Assembly (NCBI GenBank): GCA_947626125.1
Contig: CANQRA010000001.1
Span: forward strand, 8,881 to 72,880
DNA from: an uncultured Bacilli bacterium
GTDB taxonomy: Bacteria > Bacillota_I > Bacilli_A > RF39 > UBA660
DNA length: 64,000 bases
Direction: 5' to 3'
The notes beneath the pieces were generated by a model, which made no database searches, was not told the DNA's origin, and saw only the letters and a program-made list of their open reading frames with translations. Positions 60,539 to 64,000 of this stretch are shown piece after piece. Every line of letters begins with the position of its first letter. Positions within the stretch are counted from its first letter, which is position 1. Both the position numbers and the translations under genes were made by a program.

Positions 60539-61672
60539 ATGCAATATTTAAGTAATAATAAAATAACTAATCAAAGAGTTATCTTAAGATGTGATTTTAA
60601 TGTTCCTGTTCAAGATAAAAAAATAATGGATGATAATCGTATTCAAAAAAGCTTTAAAACGATTAATTATTTATTAGAAAATAATAATAAAGTGCTTATA
60701 TTGAGTCATTTTGGTCGCGTAAAAAAAGAAGAAGATAAAGAAAATAATAGTTTATATATTGTATATGAATATTTAAAAAAATATTATGATATAGAATTTA
60801 TTAATAATCCTCTAGATTTAAGTAAAGTTAACTCAAGTAATAAAAATATTTTTTTAATTGAAAATACCCGTTATACAGATGTTCCCAACAAAAGAGAAAG
60901 TGCCAATGATTTAGAACTAGCTAAATATTGGGCAAGTTTTGCCGATTGTTTTGTTCTCGATGCTTTTGGTTCTATGCATCGTTTACATGCTTCAACTGCA
61001 GGATTATCTACTTACCTGCCTACTTATTATGGCTTCTTAGTAGAAGAAGAGATAAAGAATTTAGAACCTCTTAAGGGTCATATTGATTTAGCAATTATGG
61101 GTGGAGCTAAAGCTGATGATAAAATAACTATTATAGCTAGTTTATTAAAAAAATGTGACCATTTATTAATCACAGGGGGAATTCTTAATACGTTTTTAAA
61201 AGTAATGGGTTACAATGTGGGTCAAAGTCTCGTCGCGGAAGATGAAGATGTTTTAGAACAAGTAAAAAGTTTAATAGAGGAAAATAAAGGTAAAATTATA
61301 TATTCTGAAAAATTTGTTGTTAAACGCGGAAATGATAATTTAGTTGTAGATTTAAAAGAAATAAAAAATAATGATATCATTTATGATAACATAATTGATT
61401 TTGAAAACATAATTCAAGATAGTAAACGGATATTTTTAAATGGCACATGTGGGATGTGTGAAAGTGATGCTTATCAAAGAGGAACCAAAGAGTTATTTAA
61501 TATGCTTATAAGTAGTCATAATGATGTTTATGTTGGGGGAGGAGATACAGTTTCCTTCATTAATAATTGGCATTTAACCCCTTACTTTAAATACTTATCT
61601 AGTGGAGGTGGAGCTACTTTAGAGTATGTAGCAAATAACACTTTAAGTACTATACAATATATTGAAAAATAG
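60539..61672 (+). CDS. pgk: phosphoglycerate kinase-like protein (377 aa), isolated from other glycolytic genes
   Basis: PGK N-terminus 'RVILRCDFNVPV...DDNRIQKS...ILSHFGR' and C-terminal 'GGGDTVSFI...SSGGGATLEYV'. Confidence 0.6.
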   Translation: MQYLSNNKITNQRVILRCDFNVPVQDKKIMDDNRIQKSFKTINYLLENNNKVLILSHFGRVKKEEDKENNSLYIVYEYLKKYYDIEFINNPLDLSKVNSSNKNIFLIENTRYTDVPNKRESANDLELAKYWASFADCFVLDAFGSMHRLHASTAGLSTYLPTYYGFLVEEEIKNLEPLKGHIDLAIMGGAKADDKITIIASLLKKCDHLLITGGILNTFLKVMGYNVGQSLVAEDEDVLEQVKSLIEENKGKIIYSEKFVVKRGNDNLVVDLKEIKNNDIIYDNIIDFENIIQDSKRIFLNGTCGMCESDAYQRGTKELFNMLISSHNDVYVGGGDTVSFINNWHLTPYFKYLSSGGGATLEYVANNTLSTIQYIEK

Positions 61673-61756
61673 CAATATTACTTTTTCTTGATATAAATAG
61701 TAAATATGGTTATAATATAAATACATTTTAATTATATTTTAGTAAAGGGAATAATA

Positions 61757-62995
61757 ATGAAGAGAGATACACGAATAACAATCTTATTTAGTTTAATAAT
61801 GATAATGGTAGCTATAATTTATCTAACCATTTCTAATGATCACAGTGTGTACGTGGTAAAAGACCGCGGCTTTGTCGACAATCGCGACATCGTTCATATT
61901 GAAATTAATATTCCCGATAAAGAGGAAGATATTATGTTAAGTTACCAAGAAATACAAGAATATAATAAGGAAATAGCCAGTAAAACTACGGATATTTATG
62001 ACCTTAATCAAATAAAGACTTTGAAAAAAGAGCAAATACAAGAATATATTTTAAAATATACAATGCCAGAAAATAAATATTATAAAGGTAAGTTAATCAC
62101 GGAAGAAGAAAAACAAGAGATTTTAGATAATAGAGCTCTAGACAATATTAAAGATATTAAGACGATGAAAAAGGGAATTATTGTAGAAAGGTCTAATTTA
62201 AGGAGTTTTCCAACGAATACTCGTTTCTTTGACCAAAAAAGCGGTAGTGATGAAGATAGAATTCAAGAGACCGAATTACTAGCTAATACGCCTGTTTTAA
62301 TAATTCATGAAAGTAAAGATAAATTATGGAATTTTGTTATCAGTCCTTTATATATGGGCTGGGTTAGAAATGATACAATAGCTTTAGCTAAAACTGATGA
62401 TTATGAATACTTTATAAATCCCTCTCAATTTGGGATTATCACGGATAGTAGCTTAGAAGTTGATGGTAAAACCCTAGATATGAGTGTTAAATTACCTTAT
62501 AAAAAAGATAATATTTATGTAATGCCTATCAAAAAAGGAAATGGTTATGTAGGTAAAAAAGAAGTTACAATTATAAGAGGCATTCATTTAGGCTATTTAA
62601 ACTACACCAAAGATAATGTTATAAAACAAGCTTATAAGTATGAAGGAACTTCTTATAGTTGGGGTGGCTTAAATCGTAATGTAGATTGTTCTAGCTTTAT
62701 TGCTAACGTTTATCGCACATTTGGGTTTGTTTTCCCAAGAAATACTTCTAGCCAAAATAAAAGTGTTGGCGAAGTTATCTCTTTAAGTGGTAAAAGTGAA
62801 AAAGAAAAATTAAAGCTTATAAATGATACTGAGCCAAGCTTATTATATCAAGATGGTCATGTTATGCTTTATATAGGCACAGAAAATCAAAAACACTATA
62901 TAATTCACGCCAGTGGTGAAGGCAGTGTAATGGTAACAGCTCTAGAATCTTCTAGCTATATTAAAAAAATTAATAAATTAGTTTTAGTAAAATAG
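61757..62995 (+). CDS. membrane-anchored NlpC/P60-family cell-wall hydrolase
   Basis: N-terminal TM helix. C-terminal NlpC/P60 catalytic region 'GTSYSWGGLNRNVDCSSFIANVY' (Cys) and 'HVMLYIG' (His). Confidence 0.7.
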   Translation: MKRDTRITILFSLIMIMVAIIYLTISNDHSVYVVKDRGFVDNRDIVHIEINIPDKEEDIMLSYQEIQEYNKEIASKTTDIYDLNQIKTLKKEQIQEYILKYTMPENKYYKGKLITEEEKQEILDNRALDNIKDIKTMKKGIIVERSNLRSFPTNTRFFDQKSGSDEDRIQETELLANTPVLIIHESKDKLWNFVISPLYMGWVRNDTIALAKTDDYEYFINPSQFGIITDSSLEVDGKTLDMSVKLPYKKDNIYVMPIKKGNGYVGKKEVTIIRGIHLGYLNYTKDNVIKQAYKYEGTSYSWGGLNRNVDCSSFIANVYRTFGFVFPRNTSSQNKSVGEVISLSGKSEKEKLKLINDTEPSLLYQDGHVMLYIGTENQKHYIIHASGEGSVMVTALESSSYIKKINKLVLVK

Positions 62996-63015
62996 AACTT
63001 TTAGGGGTTTTGGTT

Positions 63016-64000
63016 ATGAATGAATTAAAAAATTATGTAAGATTTATAGATGAAAATGGTGAGGCAAAAAAGCTTAAAAATTATCAATATGGAAGTGTTT
63101 ATTGGCGCTTTCTAGGTGATGATTTTTATTTAAGTATCAATAATGTAAGGAAAGAACAAGTAAAAGAAATACTAGCTTCTTTACCTTTTCTTTTTCCTGT
63201 GGTATTAATTAATTCTGAAGAATATATTAATAATCCCCATTTTATTTATCGCTATACGTCTTACGTATATGCAGATAATATTTATCAAAGTATCTTAAAT
63301 GACAGCTTATATTTAAAAAAAGAAGATAAACCTATAATTTTCTTTTATGCCGATTATGAAAGTTATGAAGAGTTAGCTAGAATAAGAAATTATTTAGAAA
63401 TTTTCTACTCTGATAATGAGATTAAATATCAAGTAAACGTAGATAGTCTTGAATCATTAAATAAAGTATCTATATTTTTAAACATGTTTTCTTCCAAGAG
63501 TTTAATTATTAATTTAGATAATCAATTTTTTCAAAATATTAAAAATAAAAGCATTAAAAATTTAAATTGGCCAAGTGATGTAGTTATTCGTTATCAAGAA
63601 AGCTATTATCATAGTATGCAAGAAATTATTGAACTAGAAAAAGATATAAATATGATAATTAATCGTATTCCTAATAATGCTCAAGCTCTTGATAAGATTG
63701 TTTTTGTTAGTTTATTTTTAATTGACTATTTTGCTTATGATGATTACTCTACTGATTGTATTAAAAATAGTTATGAGTTATTTAAAGACCAATTAGGGGT
63801 GTGTCGGGATTTTGCTAAATTATTTTTGATTTTAATGAGTAGATTAAATATCGAATGTCAAAAAATTTATGCTCCTTCTAAAATCGATAGTGAACAAGGT
63901 CACGTGTTTAATGTCGTCACCTTGAATGGTCAAACTTCTTATATTGATTTAACTTATTTAATAGATGAAATTAAAAATGGTTTAATTACAAGTATTGCCG
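63016..64000 (+). CDS. transglutaminase-like cysteine peptidase domain protein (3' end beyond the window)
   Basis: Hand translation from ATG 63016 runs open to the window end. It contains 'GVCRDFAKLF' and 'GHVFNVV', matching the transglutaminase-core Cys and His motifs. Confidence 0.55.
   Translation, partial: MNELKNYVRFIDENGEAKKLKNYQYGSVYWRFLGDDFYLSINNVRKEQVKEILASLPFLFPVVLINSEEYINNPHFIYRYTSYVYADNIYQSILNDSLYLKKEDKPIIFFYADYESYEELARIRNYLEIFYSDNEIKYQVNVDSLESLNKVSIFLNMFSSKSLIINLDNQFFQNIKNKSIKNLNWPSDVVIRYQESYYHSMQEIIELEKDINMIINRIPNNAQALDKIVFVSLFLIDYFAYDDYSTDCIKNSYELFKDQLGVCRDFAKLFLILMSRLNIECQKIYAPSKIDSEQGHVFNVVTLNGQTSYIDLTYLIDEIKNGLITSIA

Noticed and set aside
1-64000. A Mollicute-type genetic code with TGA read as Trp, given the very low GC
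   Set aside because: All long essential genes (gyrA 838 aa, mfd 1048 aa, gyrB, dnaA, mnmG) are full-length with TGA read as stop. The Spo0A, SpoVT and BofA content also points to a Firmicute that uses the standard code.

Overview
This 64-kb window is the chromosomal replication-origin region of a low-GC (roughly 28-30% GC) Firmicute that uses the standard genetic code. Long essential genes such as gyrA, gyrB, mfd and dnaA are intact when TGA is read as stop, so a Mycoplasma-type code is excluded. Sporulation-lineage genes are present: spo0A, spoVT, a bofA-like gene, ricT/yaaT, yidC/spoIIIJ-jag and a ComK-like gene. Gene order follows the Bacillus oriC map but is rearranged, which suggests an Erysipelotrichia- or Clostridia-type genome. 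The minus strand carries rsmG-mnmG-mnmE-jag-yidC-rnpA-rpmH. A ~4-kb insertion sits between rpmH and dnaA and holds two tandem J-domain paralogs, one of them split by a homopolymer frameshift, plus a divergent sigma-70-like protein. The dnaA-dnaN core follows, with DnaA-box clusters on both sides of dnaA. A ComK-like gene lies between dnaN and recF, and gyrB-gyrA follow. Next comes a ~1-kb ORF-free region packed with three families of repeated palindromic motifs, a candidate small SRP RNA, and then tadA-dnaX-ybaB-recR-bofA-like-holB-ricT-yabB-pth-mfd. An opposite-strand AAA+ ATPase separates mfd from spoVT-spo0A; gpmI and a cell-wall gene trio follow. The complete S10-spc-alpha ribosomal super-operon is present from rpsJ to rplQ; L30 is absent and L3, L24 and IF-1 carry unusual charged extensions. 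Further downstream are a hypothetical gene, parA-parB, a DUF951 gene, an AbgT-like transporter, ychF, another hypothetical gene, rpsF-ssb-rpsR, an isolated pgk-like gene, an NlpC/P60 hydrolase and a partial transglutaminase-like gene. No rRNA, tRNA, CRISPR array or recognisable transposase or integrase was seen.
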